63,650 nt of DNA, filler included, from Reticulomyxa filosa (GCA_000512085.1; 22 parts of 22 records of this genome joined end to end with filler, not necessarily neighbours in it), one strand, 5' to 3'; positions 48,295 through 61,918 are shown, numbered from the whole stretch's first letter. A program made the numbers and translations. The notes: generated by a model not told the origin, from the sequence alone.

Positions 48295-48717
48295 ATGACT
48301 CAGTCATACAACATAAGAGCTAACAACTCATCCACTCAGGATAACTTCTTTACAATACCAGAGTCCTTAGCCTTACATATAGGTTATGAAGAAGCACTGG
48401 TACTAACACGAATCCAATATTGGATAAAAGTCTGTGGTAAATCATTAGCTAATGAACCAGGTTCATGGATATATAATTCTTTAAAGAAGTGGCAAGAACA
48501 ATTCTCTTCATTTAGCTTATATAAAATCAAAAAGATTATTTATTCTTTAGAAAGAAAAGGTCTTTTGTTATCTAAAAAAGTTAACGCTAAAAAATGTAAT
48601 CACACTAAATGGTACACTATTAACTTTGACAAGCTTAGTTCTATAATAGAACCATTAAAAACTGGCATTAAAAAAATTTACTCAAAATCAACCAATCGAT
48701 TAGTCGAAAATCAACCA
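48295..48717 (+). CDS. Plasmid/phage-type replication initiator N-terminus (like Rickettsia plasmid DnaA-like proteins), 3' partial
   Basis: LALHIGYEEALVL.RIQYW...WIYNSLKKWQEQF...SLERKGLL...TKWYTINF. Confidence 0.7.
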
Positions 48718-50604
48718 NNNNNNNNNNNNNNNNNNNNNNNNNNNNNNNNNNNNNNNNNNNNTTAATTAATTAANNNNNNNNNNNNNNNNNNNNNNNNNNN
48801 NNNNNNNNNNNNNNNNNAAAAAAGTAGTTAATACCGAAGAAAGATTGCATAACATGGAACCAATCAGTAATAAAATGATAATCTCACATTGATATTGTCT
48901 TGATTTAATTTATTGTGTCTCAATCCTTTGGTTTAATAAACGTATATTATATTATATCCAATAGCTGCTCCAATTTTTTATTCGACAACTTCACTGGTCG
49001 TTTCATACAGGACAATTGTATCGCTATTGTTGTCATTTATGTTGGTGCTGCATACATTGTCAAAATTGATGGATAAGATTTGCATTGTATTTGCAGAGAT
49101 CTTTGATTGTCTAAGCTTCTCACTGATGCAGTGAATTTGTGGTTGTGGTAGTGATTGTAATGTTGATATGTAATCCTTCAATTCCTTGCCACGTCGAGCA
49201 AATACCTTTTCAAGACTAAATATCACTTTGCAATAACAAGTAATACATTGCAAATGACGGTGTATCAGTCTGTGGTAAGGCTACGCCTTTTTTCAATACG
49301 TACAAAAAAAAAAAGTACTGAATGCTAATTCGATAACACATTTTCGTCGATTAATCGTAGTTTTCTTTTTCCAACTCTTTCCAAGCGTTTGTATAAGCTG
49401 AATCTTTCAGATCATTGCTCCGGACCAGCGCCGAGTCCTTCAAGGCATTGGCGACAGCCTTTTCATTCTTTAATTCTAACAATTGCTTCCACCACTGTCT
49501 CTCCATTACCACTACTTTGATCTCACAAATCCATGGGAGTTTGTACATTTTTTCATATCGACATTGGTCATTCTGGTCGAGAAGTGCGTTGCATTTGCCT
49601 AGTGAAGTTGCATCTTACCAGGATTGACACATTGACGAAGGCTCATCTGCCACTGAAATGTTTTGTATTCTCCATTGTCTAAAGAGGTTTTGAACGAAGA
49701 TGAGACCGTCCAACATTCACATATTGTGCGTTTGCAAGTCTGAGCAATTATCAATATGAACAAAATCTTCTACTACCTTGTATTCTTCTTCTTTTTCTTT
49801 TTCCTCTTCTTCCATTGCAGTAAAGGTGGAATACTGATCATATCGACCATCAATATGTACTTCAGCATCGGAATGCATGCACAACAATACTGGCAATCAG
49901 AGTCTACAAACTCAAGTCCAAAGCCAGATTGGGCATGTGATGGTGCCAACGGATTGAACAGACTCTGCCTCTTTTTTTTTCTTCTTTGGTCTTGATATGC
50001 TGCGATGATGGGTTCATGATTTGGCTTGGGCTGTCTCTTTCTTTGTTTGTAATCCCAAACCACATATACGCACACAAACACAAATACATGCATTTGCAAA
50101 AAAACAATGGACAAAAAAAAAAAAAATGTTTGGATTGATTGATAATATGTTGTTGTAATGAATAAATAACATTGGCCTTTTTCAAATGATCGGACGCCAC
50201 AATAAAAAGTGGATAGCCTGTTGATCGTTTCCAATTTGTGTTCCTTGACGACCGAGGGCATATCCAACATGATACTTTATTTGGGACTTATGGGAGCACG
50301 CTTCGTAAATTCTTGGCATTGTCGATATTACTATGTACACATTACAGATTTGATATTTTTATCGCTTTTTAAAATAAATAAACATATACATATACATATA
50401 TACATATACACATATATATATATATATGTTTTATGTAAATACAACAAACTGACAATGCATTCTGTTGTTGTTCGGTCTTGGTTTCACAAGCCAACAATAT
50501 GTGTATTGGACTTCTGCTGTTGATCGGAAACTTGTGAACAACTCGCTTCTATCTTCACTTTCCAAACGGAGATCGACAATGTTACTATGTTGCGATGCTG
50601 TCGA

Positions 50605-50860
50605 TACAAGTCTTTGATTTCCTTTTGCATTCTTTCGGCAATGCCATTAAACATGGTTGTGCCACCACTCATCACGATGTTATTGCAAGTCTTTTCTGAT
50701 ATCAACATCGCATTTCATTGATGGATTGGAAGATCAATTTGCAATCAAATTTGGTTTGAACAGAACTGCTATGTATCAAAATCGTCCAGAACCAACTGTG
50801 ATGACTTGGCCGGCAGTCTCAGCTATTGATATCTCGCACAATTTCCTTCCCAGCAAGGGT
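50605..50860 (-). pseudogene. Actin pseudogene fragment
   Basis: KEIVRDI, GQVITVGSGRF, VLFKP and NIVMSGGTTMFNGIAERMQKEI with deletions and stops. Confidence 0.8.
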
Positions 50861-51005
50861 TTTTGAAGGAATATCATCTTTTACCAAGATTTTTTTCAAT
50901 TGTCCAATCTTTTACTCGACGACGGATCCACATACTTGCCAAGCAATCACTCGATTTTTTTTTCATCATTGGATCAATCGCTAATTTATGATTCTTCATT
51001 TCATT

Positions 51006-54000
51006 ATGTCTTTCTTATTCTGTCGTTGAGTTGACTTCATAATGTCTTCCGTCGCCTTTTTACTTCCATGGATTGATTCCAGCGCTCCTACTCTTTTCTT
51101 TTCTGGGAGCAAATACCCCTGTGACTTTCTTCTTTGTTGTTGGAGAAGAAACATTACAAAAACCAACATAAAAAAACTGAATCATATCCCCCCTATCAAA
51201 CGTTTTTGGATTTTTTTTTTTGACAAAAAGTGCTTTTTTTTATCAAAATTGGTTCAAAAATGAACCAAAAATCATACAAAATGACCCAATTTTGAAAAAT
51301 ACAAGAACGTCTCGTACGAGTCATTTCTCATTTTTCGGGGAAAAAAAGTTAATGTGCCATTTGGCCGGTACTGATCAAACTGATTCATATCCTTTTTTTT
51401 AATTATTATTAAAAATAAAAGTCAAATACAAATAAATCAATTACTAGAACATAATTCCAGTAAAAAGCGCACAAAATTGAACCAAAAAATTTATATTTTT
51501 CCAAAAAAAAATAATTACAAGTACTAATTATTTAGTTTACACGTACGTATCACATAAATTTGAAAATCAAAACCTTACTTTCAAAGTATTTTTTAAAAAG
51601 CTGGAACAATTCACTTGACGCTGTTGCGAAAACGTGATATCATTACAGTCGAAATGAATGTACAAGTTGTGTTGGTCATGTATTGGCGATGGGACAGAAC
51701 ACCTAAAATCATATTCGTAGCAATACTTATCAAATAGTGCCTGTTTCGTAATATGATTGTATCCAACAATTGCCTCTATAACTGTGTTTGTTCTTTGTTA
51801 ATTATTTCATTCGGATTATTGCAATTGGTGTTGTTAATATCTGTATTGATTCTATAGATGTTGCTGTTAATTGATATACCAGATCTTGTATTTACATGTG
51901 TCTTTGCTTGTCTCAGCTGCTTGCAAAGATTGTGAATTTGTTGATTTGCTTGATGCAGTAGTGACTAATATTAACACGTAACAATCTAGTTTCTTGAGTT
52001 TCGTTTGGTCTTTGCCATGTCAAACAAGCAAAGATTTTGCCAAGGCTAAATATCGGCCTCGTACTAATGAGTAACGCATTTGCAGTGACAATGTCTATCA
52101 ATACGTATATTTCCATTTCCCCGTTTTTAAACTGATCACGTTATAATATTTTCTTATCAAGTAATTTTATTTTGATTGTTTAAAGTTAATTTTTATTTTG
52201 TTTTTTCGCTACTAAGCGAAATAATCAACCAAAAGTTCCAAACATAAGCCAAACTTTTTTACTTAGTGCGACAACCAACATGTGCGTCATTAAGACTAAA
52301 AAAGTGAATTCATTTTAGAAAGATGTTGCACTGTGATGACTTTCCAAGTGGTTTTTCTGTGACAAATGAAATCAAAATGACAAAGATGTAGAGCAACAAT
52401 CACATGGCATCTCACTTGGACAATCGTCATTACAATCACAATTACACCTACAACCACAATTTCATTTACAATTATGACCACAATCACAATAGCGAAGCAG
52501 TGTTATGCATTGGTTCCTCCTGTATTTCTTGTAACACACTCTCGCAACGTCTCCACATCCACACGCTTTTATCAGTTATTTTTTTTCCAATCTCTTTTCG
52601 GCTGACAATGTTGTTACTGTTGCTTTGTGTCTTGTGTGCGATACTATAGCATGTGATCGATAGAGCGCGACGAGTGCCAACATTGGGACATAAGTCCAAA
52701 TAGAACCGAAAAATGGTGGCGAAGCATCGAATAATGGCAAGTCGAAGGGACGAGGCCGAAGCAGGACTAAGAGTCAGTCGAGAGTCAAACATAAGAACGG
52801 ACATCGATATCGAACATGTGAAGCAAGTATGACTTCAATTTCATCCACTCGAACCAAAAGCAGAAACTGAAGCAAAAGTAAAAGCAAAAGTAGAAATGGA
52901 AATAGAAATCAAAATCAAAATCGAAAGCGCAATAACAGTCATAATGGTGCCGACATTCCACAGACTTATTCGCACAAATGTGATGCCGAAGCAAAAGCAA
53001 AGAAAATCGAGTGATTGAACCTTCACATGAATGAATCAAATAGTGAATGTCTACACTAGAGATTTGCTATTTGCCACTTACGAAAATATTGAACATTTGG
53101 CAAGATGGAAAAGGCATTGGACTTAACAGTTGAGAAAAGTGATCTTTTTGTTAATTTGATACTTACATGTTATATACTTTTAAAAAAAAAAAATACGTAT
53201 CAAAGCAATTATTTAAAAACACTTATAGATTTACGTATCACTATTCAGTAAGTGATTAAAAAAAAATCGAGTTTCTTAGTTATGAAAAAAGCTGTTACCA
53301 TTCATTGAAAGTATTTTTTTTTAAGTACAACATTTGCTTGGCTAGTGTTTGACCGTAATTGCTCAATGGGCTGCAATGATCACTTATTGTGTTATGCACG
53401 TTATCAATTCCAAATGTACGGTATCATTTTCTTTTTTCTTTTTTTCATTTTTGAAAGTGTTTGTGTGTTTTGTTACTTTTTAGTTTGAAGACGTGGTGTA
53501 ACAAGACAAGAAGAACCCATAGAAAAAAATTATTTTTAAAAACTAGTTGAAATGATTTTTTTAAATTGATTTGAAAGTTTGTTTTTTTTTGTTATTATGT
53601 AACCTGTTAATTTTTGGTTAACTTTTTACTGTCGAGTCGTTGAACAGCGGCAACAAAATTTATTTTTATGAAAAAATTAATTGTTATCGTTGAATTATGT
53701 ACCAGTCAAATATCGCATCGATTTTTTTCTCCAAAAAAGATGAAAATGATATTATTACAAGAAGTAGTGTTCTTTCATTTTTCAGAATTGGGTGATTTAT
53801 TGTAATTTGTGGGTCATTTTGGAACCAATTTTGATAAAAAAAGCACTTTTTGTCAAAAAAAAAATTTCCAAAAACGTTTAATAGGGGGGGATATGATTCA
53901 GTTTTTTTTATGTTGGTTTTTGTAATGTGCCTAGTTTAACCAACAAAGAATGGATTCCAGTGCGTTTGCTCTCAGAGGAGGAAAGAGGAAACATGTAGAA

Positions 54001-54074
54001 AGCAAACCATGTAAGTGAAGAAGCGATGAAAGATATTATGAAAAGACCTTCAACGAAAGAAGAATCAAAGACAT
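51006..54074. repeat. Inverted repeat pair (about 51006-51290 and 53812-54074)
   Basis: ACATTACAAAAACCAACATAAAAAAACTGAATCATATCCCCCCTAT...AAAATTGGTTC and its reverse complement; outer parts more diverged. Confidence 0.8.
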
Positions 54075-54808
54075 CATACCAGCTTATTAGTTACGTTTAT
54101 ATTTGTTTGGTTGTTTTTTGTAAATGGGAAAAATGACGCCAATGAATGAAATAGACGATGTGTAATTGAACATTCATTGTGGGATGATATTGACGCAACA
54201 TCAACATTAGAGATTGGCCTTAGATCAAATATTGTTGTTCCAACAATCGCAAGCACATAATAGGGTCACCCTTCGACAAGGGGCGCAGTCAATGTTTATC
54301 ATTCACAATCTGTCGCCTTTGTGCATCTACGATCAAATTTCCTACTGCAATCATGCACACATTCACAAATCGATAAAGATGGTAGCAATGTCAATCTAAA
54401 TAACACAATTGACAACAGTAATATTCATTTGCAAAATGTTGCATTAACAACATCAAGTGCTTTGGAAGAATTTTTATCAATTTAATTTCATAATGACAAC
54501 ATCATTGTTCATCAAGTTATTATAAACCTATTTATTTATTTATGCTCGAACATAAACAGTACTAGGAAACTGAACAACTTACAAAAAAAAGTGGTTTGCA
54601 GCTCAAGGTATATTTATAGTAGAGTGGAAGGTGAAGTGCAGCAAATGTAAATGAGAATGCAGATTCTACATCGATATCCAGAATTTTACAGTTTGCCTGA
54701 AGGGGGGGNNNNNNNNNNNNNNNNNNNNNNNNNNNNNNNNNNNNNNNNNNNNTTAATTAATTAANNNNNNNNNNNNNNNNNNNNNNNNNNNNNNNNNNNN
54801 NNNNNNNN

Positions 54809-56316
54809 CTTTTAAGCCATAATTCAAAATGCCTGTCTTTTTAAATGTATCAATGACTTTTCTATACATCAGATCAAAACAGATATCAAAGTGTTTTGTT
54901 TTTTTTTTAAAAAAATGTGTCAATAAACAAAACTTTTCAAATGATGATTGACACAACATTGCTTTTTCTTCGACACTTTGTTGTTCTTTATACTGTTGCT
55001 GGTCACTGTTGGCAGTTTTACTATACAGTTGAAGAACAACCGAGGCAGGCAAACAGCAGATCATAAATAACCGATGTCTTTTGGCGAGTTCTTTGATTAT
55101 CTCGGTCACTTTGGTGCTTTTGAAACGGCATTCTTCATTGGATTCATCAATATCCATTACCTTCAATTGCCACAATTCAATTGAAAATGTGCAAACTAAT
55201 AAAAAAAATAAAAAAAACAATTTTCAAAAAAAAAAAAAAAAAGTAACAAAAAAAAAAAGGGGGACAAACTTGATCAACACTAATCACAACGCATTGATTT
55301 TTCCATCCCATATCAGTTAGATAGCGATCATATGCTCGCGTGTATTGAAATTCCTTTCGTGCATTTTCCATTATTTGTTGAGCAGTCAAGTTTTGATTTG
55401 GTTGAAATCTATCCAATCCGTTTGCTCTGTTGTCGTTTGCTCCACTTTCATTTGGATTTCTATTATTTGCGTTATTGTTCTCTTGTCGACGACGTCGTTC
55501 TTCATCACGCTATCCATTTTATTGCAATTTTTCCCCATCTTTTTTTTTTTTTTGCCTTCAGGTAAATTACAAATTAACTCTTCGCTTTGCTGCGTCCACT
55601 CTTCTCCACACATATAGTACAACACTTTTCTTCCAAAACTTCATCTTTGAACATTTATTATTATTATTCATAATTGTATTGACAAAAAAAAAAAAAAGGT
55701 ATCAATGCCAAAATTGGGGGATTTTGTAGTCGATGTCCCCTCTGCGATCATTGCGCAAGGACGAAGCGACTTTGCACAGCTCGGGGAACAGTACAACTCT
55801 GTGGACTTGTTTGTAATTGAAATAAGTGGAGATATGGCTGAACCATTAATGGGGGTCGTCATTTCGCCTTTGTTCAAACAAAAATCAATTTTGCGGTATT
55901 TAATATATAGCAAACTATTATTAGCTAATATACATATATATGTATATATGTATATGTATGATATTACAGAGAAAATGAACACTCCAGTACTATTCATTGC
56001 TCTTGATATGGATGCAAGCACCAACGACTTTGGGAAACAAGACACTACGTGGGAATTACCATTGCGTTCGTCTTTGATGTCATGCACCAAAGGAGATTTT
56101 GGACTTAAACAATACAATGCTCTGTATAACAACATCAGTCAGACGACATCCATCTCGCTGATACACAACGACGATGGCAATATCGAATATATCTTTGCTC
56201 AAATGTGTGGCTTTTGTCCATATGAACAACGAAGCTATAAGCGATTCTTGGGACACCAAAGAATGCAAGCTGAATACTTCCAACGCCAAACCAAATACAC
56301 TCAGATACAGTTGTAA
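54809..56316. CDS. Unassigned eukaryotic coding fragments (minus 54809-55540; plus about 55700-56316)
   Basis: Open frames broken by intron-like tracts; no motif recognised and strand ambiguous. Confidence 0.25.
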
Positions 56317-56518
56317 TTATTTGACTTATTTCGGAGGATTTGATACTTATCAAGGTTTGAATGTTGTTTGTTGTTGTTATTATTGTTTTATACATCTGTC
56401 CATCTTTTTTTTTTTTTTNNNNNNNNNNNNNNNNNNNNNNNNNNNNNNNNNNNNNNNNNNNNTTAATTAATTAANNNNNNNNNNNNNNNNNNNNNNNNNN
56501 NNNNNNNNNNNNNNNNNN

Positions 56519-56558
<40 letters not shown>

Positions 56559-56619
56559 GGTTATGCAGCAAGCAAAGCAGATTTGAAAATCGGAGGGTTA
56601 ATAAATTTTTGTGCGAAAT

Positions 56620-57700
56620 TATATTACCAAAGTGTTGGAGGTGGTGATGACATGATGACAGTGAGCGACGAAGACGACGAAGAAGCGAATGAAGGATGGG
56701 GAGAAGACGAAGACGAATATAAAGACAAAGATAAAGACAAAGACAAAAAAGAGAAAAACAGAGAATGCACAGAAGAAGAAGAAGAAGAAGACAGCTGGAA
56801 GATGACCGGAGTAGAAGCAGAAGTGCAAGAGGAAGAAACAGTAGATGATGAGTTTGGACAAGGCTGGGGTGACGACGAGATAACCGAGGATATAACCATT
56901 GCGCCAACAAAGATAACTCGAACAGATAGCGATGTCGAAAAGTATTGTCGATGGAAAGCAACATTGAGTGACAAAGCAGCGGCATTGCGAAGCAAAGAGA
57001 CAGCCTGTCAGCAAATGGAAAATGACAACATCCACACGAATCACATGTTTAAGCCAGAGGCTGTTGCATTGATGCTTTGCAATCAAATTATTCATTATCA
57101 TGTTTCGTTTGGAGAAGAAGAAGAAGAAGAAGAAGAAGGAGGAGAAGGAGGAGGAGGGGACCAAAAAAAAAAAAAAAGGGGGAGAGAGAGAGAGAGAGGA
57201 AGAATACATGCACACATGCACACACATAATACACACACACACACATACAAAATCAGAAACAATTTGAAAAAGGTGACAAATCAATCGAAGTGATTCCAAT
57301 GGACGACAACATCTACGAGTGGAAAGTGAAACTGAGAAACTTTTCATCGGAAAGTACCATCAACTTGGACTTGATGAAACTGGGCAATATATACGGCGAG
57401 GAGTGGAGCAGCGTGGAAATGCAAGTGTCGTTTTTGATGGAGCTGTTCCCTGTGTATCCTCCCAAAGTCCGTTTGATTCGGCCGCGCTTGGAAAACTTTA
57501 TGTTTGGTCGGATCGTTTGCATGGAAGAGTTGCAATTGTCGAAATGGAATCCCGTTCGCGCGTTGGAGGATATCTTCACCGCCATTCGACGTCTCATCCA
57601 AAAGTACGGACACGTCAACGTTCATGACCCCGTCAATAACCCCTTTCTTCATAAGTCGCCTTTTACTGAAATCGAGTATCAGTTGCTGCGTCTGAGTTTT
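56620..57700 (+). CDS. UBE2Q-like ubiquitin-conjugating enzyme domain protein, partial
   Basis: DDNIYEWKVKL...INLDL...FPVYPPKVRLIRP...CMEEL...WNP; acidic linker upstream. Confidence 0.75.
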
Positions 57701-59026
57701 GTTCGATTCATTTGTTGTTGTTGTTNNNNNNNNNNNNNNNNNNNNNNNNNNNNNNNNNNNNNNNNNNNNTTAATTAATTAANNNNNNNNNNNNNNNNNNN
57801 NNNNNNNNNNNNNNNNNNNNNNNNNAAACATAACTTTCGTGAGAAATAGCTTGTTTTTGCTGTTGAAAACAAGAGAAAGAAGATGAAGAAAAATTTCATG
57901 AGTATATGCATACACAAGTCCTTTTCTAAGCCTGGCATCTTACGCAGTTTCAAACCTTTTCTCAATTCACTCAAGAAAAGAATATGTAAATTTAATAATT
58001 TGAATGTCACAGAGGATTCTTAAAAGATTTGTTTAATAGAATATTTCTCAGACACGACCAAAGCAAAAATTAAAAAATCACAAACTGATTCCATATTTGA
58101 TAAAAAAATAGGTCAAATATTATAAACTATTCGTCCAAGAAGCAAAAGATTAGGTGCAAAGGATGGACAGATTTGACGAAATTGAAAATAAATTGAATCC
58201 AAAACTGGTCGCATATAATTTACTACAAATTGCCTCAATATTTAATATGCTTGATTGTTTGTATTGTCTTGCATGAGAAGGACTGGAGCATATCGAGATA
58301 AGGATATCGTTGAAAATGAAGACTTTCATTGATCATCTGCAAGGTTAATTGCGATAATTTCAATGAAATTGAATAAAAGTCAATTTTGCAAACTTTTACA
58401 AAATCAGTTTATTAAAATAAATTATTAACAAAAAAATGCTTAAAAATGAATTTTATCAACAATATGATAACTGAACGCCTAAAACGATATCATATGATGA
58501 TAATTGATTTTCTCCATGAAAAATCAACACTTAGACCTAATTTTTTTTTTATTTTAAAAAAAATATCTATCTACAGTGTCTAAGTATTTCAATATCATTT
58601 GGATATTTACAAATAAACTTGTATTTGTTTTTTTTAGTGTATGATAAGAATAACAACATCTTTTAAATTAATCTCCACAAATGAGGTATAACAAATATTG
58701 AAAGAACTTCTTTGAAGCAAGGGGTTCAATTTTATTATTATTAAAAAATTTACTCGTCAAAGCAAATAATATATTGATCAAAAATTCAAATTCTTTAATA
58801 TGGTATTTTTGAAACAAAAAAAAAACCTCAAATTATAAAAATAGATAGATATTATATGATAAATATATTTCGAGCAAAAGGATTATACATTATAATAATT
58901 GTTTGGATTGTAATATTTTACAAACATGAAAAAAGAAATGAAATTATTTGATTCTTGTAAATGTTTAGAAAAAAAAATTGATGAAATAATTAATTAATTA
59001 ACATCATCATTTGTAAAAAAAAAAAA

Positions 59027-60468
59027 TTAATAATAGTTAGTATCATTATTATCATCATTAACATAATCATCAACAGCCTCATCTGTTATTTGCTCGCTCA
59101 AAACATCCAAATAATCTCTTTCTAAATAGCCTAAATCTTGACGAGTAATACCAAATTGTCTCTCCCTCCTTCCATATCCAAGATACCAGTGAACAAAAGC
59201 ACGTTGATTATACATAAGATCAAATTTTCGCGTGATTCGTTCGTTGAACATGCGAGAAATACCAATATTATTGGCAATCATAACAGCATTTTTACTGAAA
59301 GCACCAATATCATCTTGTTCCAATATGGTAGCAGGAATATCATTCAATCCAATTTTAAATCCAGTTGGACACCATTCCACCAAACGCACTTTATCATTTT
59401 TTTTCAACCATTGAATAGAAGTATTTGCCTCTTTACTAGTAATATTTCCACGATAATTAAGCACAATAGACATATATTTATCATCCATAGGATCAAATGA
59501 ATTATAATGAACTAACCAATTAGTAGGTTTGAAACATTCATCTGTAATAGTTTGTACATCATTAGATATTGTATTTACATCCATTTTTGAGACAATTGGA
59601 CTCATTCCCGTTGTTAAGAAATGTAATCTTGGAAAAGGAATTAAATTCATTTGCAATTCATCTAAGCTAGCATTTAATTCTCCACCAAATCTCAAAGATA
59701 CAGTCATTGATGACATTACTTTGGCAATTAATCGATTTACATTACTTACATCAGGTTTTGCAATATGTAAATTTCTTTGACAAATATTATACATACTCTC
59801 ATTATCAAATACTAATACAATATCTGTAAAGTCTAATAATGAACCTACTGCAAATAACGCATTGTAAGGTTCAACTACTGAGCTCGAGATTGAATATGAT
59901 GGAAATATCGAACATCCCACTCTTACTTTTTTCTTGTAATATAAATTAAATCCTTCAAAAATCAAAGCACCAACACCAGAGCCTGTTCCTCCTCCAATAC
60001 TATGTGTCACCATAAATCCCATTAAATTATCACAATTATCCGCCAATTTTCGCAATTGATCATCCATTTTGTCAAGTATTTGCTTCCCAAGAAAACAACC
60101 ACGTGAAAAGATATTTGCTGAATCTTCTTTTCCTGATAACAAAAAATCTTTATCAAATAATGATCCAAGTGGTCCAGATTTCATATTATCAATTACGTCT
60201 GGTTCTAAATCCACCTATAATAATTTTTCCATATATGTATATATATATATACGTATATAATTTTTTTTTAAGATTTAACTGAAAGGTTCCTTGGAACAAA
60301 TTGACCACTACTTGTCTCTTCAAAAAATACTTTAAACGAATTATCTTTTGTTACTCTTTGTTGTTTGCCTGCGGTACTAATATTATGCTCTGCACAATAT
60401 TGTTCCCATACTGCATTTCCAACTTGAATGCCTGCTTGACCTACTTGTATTGTTATGATTTCACGCAT
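59027..60468 (-). CDS. Divergent alpha-tubulin (retarian type-2-like), intron 60215-60279
   Basis: MREIITIQVGQAG, VDLEP, SGKEDSAN, GGGTGSG, SLRFGGELN, WCPTGFKIG, AFVHWY. Confidence 0.93.
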
Positions 60469-60577
60469 TATTCTGAAGTTTACTAAAAAGGAGAGAGAAA
60501 CAAATTTTTTTTTTTTTTGCAGTGAACGTAAAAGGTGAGAATTTTCTTTTATCCAAACTATTTACTTCAAGAAGAAA

Positions 60578-60642
60578 ATGCGTGAAATTATAACAGTAAA
60601 AGTCCGTCAAGTGGGAGGGGGGGCATTCAACTCAGAAAACAG
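60578..60642 (+). pseudogene. Head-to-head remnant of an alpha-tubulin first exon
   Basis: ATGCGTGAAATTATAACAGTAAAAGTCCGTCAAG = MREIITVKVRQ, then decays. Confidence 0.65.
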
Positions 60643-61187
60643 TTGTTTTCAAGTATTTTTTAAAGAAACGAATAGTTAAAGCTTAAATTTTTCAAGTTAA
60701 TTTATATATTTAAGATATTTTTTTTTGTATATTAAAAAAACTGTTGCTAGCCAAATATAATCAAAGATAAAATCTGAATCACTTTTTGATAAAAGATTCA
60801 ACTACCTTTACACGGACTAGGAAGCATATAATTGATAGATAATTGTAATAATATAATGTTTTTGATAGAATGAAACAAGATAATATTGTGTATTTAAGAC
60901 TTACCTTTGTTCACTAAGTACGGATAGTAGACTCGTAAGAACGTAAAATTTTTAAGAAATCAACATTTAATAATGATGCCAATTATTATTAATTTTGTTT
61001 ATAACGTTTTTAATGTATTATTCATTTTCTTTTTTTTTTTAAATATTACTTTGATTTTTTAAATTTATAAAGTAAAAATTAATCAATAAAAGATTCTAAT
61101 TTTTGAATAACAGAAAAAAATTAATAATTAAATATTTGAATTTAACATTTAATTACTATAATTGATTATTTTTTTATTTATGATAAC

Positions 61188-61345
61188 ATTAATTATAGTT
61201 AGTATTATCATTAATCATATCTTCAAAACGGCAATAGGAATATTATTTAATCCAAATTTTAATCCAGTTAGACACTATTTTATCAAAAATATTTTTCCAT
61301 TACCACACGATGGATAAATATTTATTATCATAATAAACTAATCAA
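61188..61345 (-). pseudogene. Deleted remnant of an alpha-tubulin 3' region
   Basis: GGAATATTATTTAATCCAAATTTTAATCCAGTTAGACAC resembles 59333-59371 (CPTGFKIGLNDIP). Confidence 0.55.
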
Positions 61346-61918
61346 TTAGTAAATGTCAATATAATTTCATTATGATATATGTACCATAAAAATAAGTAAG
61401 ATTTTTTGGAAAAATTGATTATTATTTGCTTCTGCAAAAAATATTTTAAAATAATTATCTTTTGTAGTACTAATCTTACACACATGCTTCACCTCTTTTT
61501 AAATAATATCTATGAAAATGTATTTGATTTTTAATAAAAGTATAGAAAATCTGTAAAAAAAAAATTAATAATTAAAAATCAAATACATTTTCGTATATGT
61601 TCATTTTAGGGATAATATCCAATATACAGTAGATGATTAAAAGAAAAAACATATATATTAAATATTTTATATTAAAAAATAAAAATCATTAATATGATAA
61701 AAATAATTTTATCATCTTGCTTCAATATAAAAGTTATTATATTGATTATAATGTCAATTATCCAANNNNNNNNNNNNNNNNNNNNNNNNNNNNNNNNNNN
61801 NNNNNNNNNTTAATTAATTAANNNNNNNNNNNNNNNNNNNNNNNNNNNNNNNNNNNNNNNNNNNNGGTTAAAAAAAAAAAAAAAAAATAATAATAATAAT
61901 AATAATAATGTTTTTTAC

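Noticed and set aside
52400-53040. RS/NH-rich hexamer-like repeats as an SR splicing factor
   Set aside because: Stops interrupt the frames and no RRM is visible. It is best treated as decayed low-complexity sequence.
59027-60468. Alternative genetic code in the host
   Set aside because: Conserved genes read through cleanly and end at standard TAA/TGA stops. Apparent internal stops fall in introns or decayed copies.
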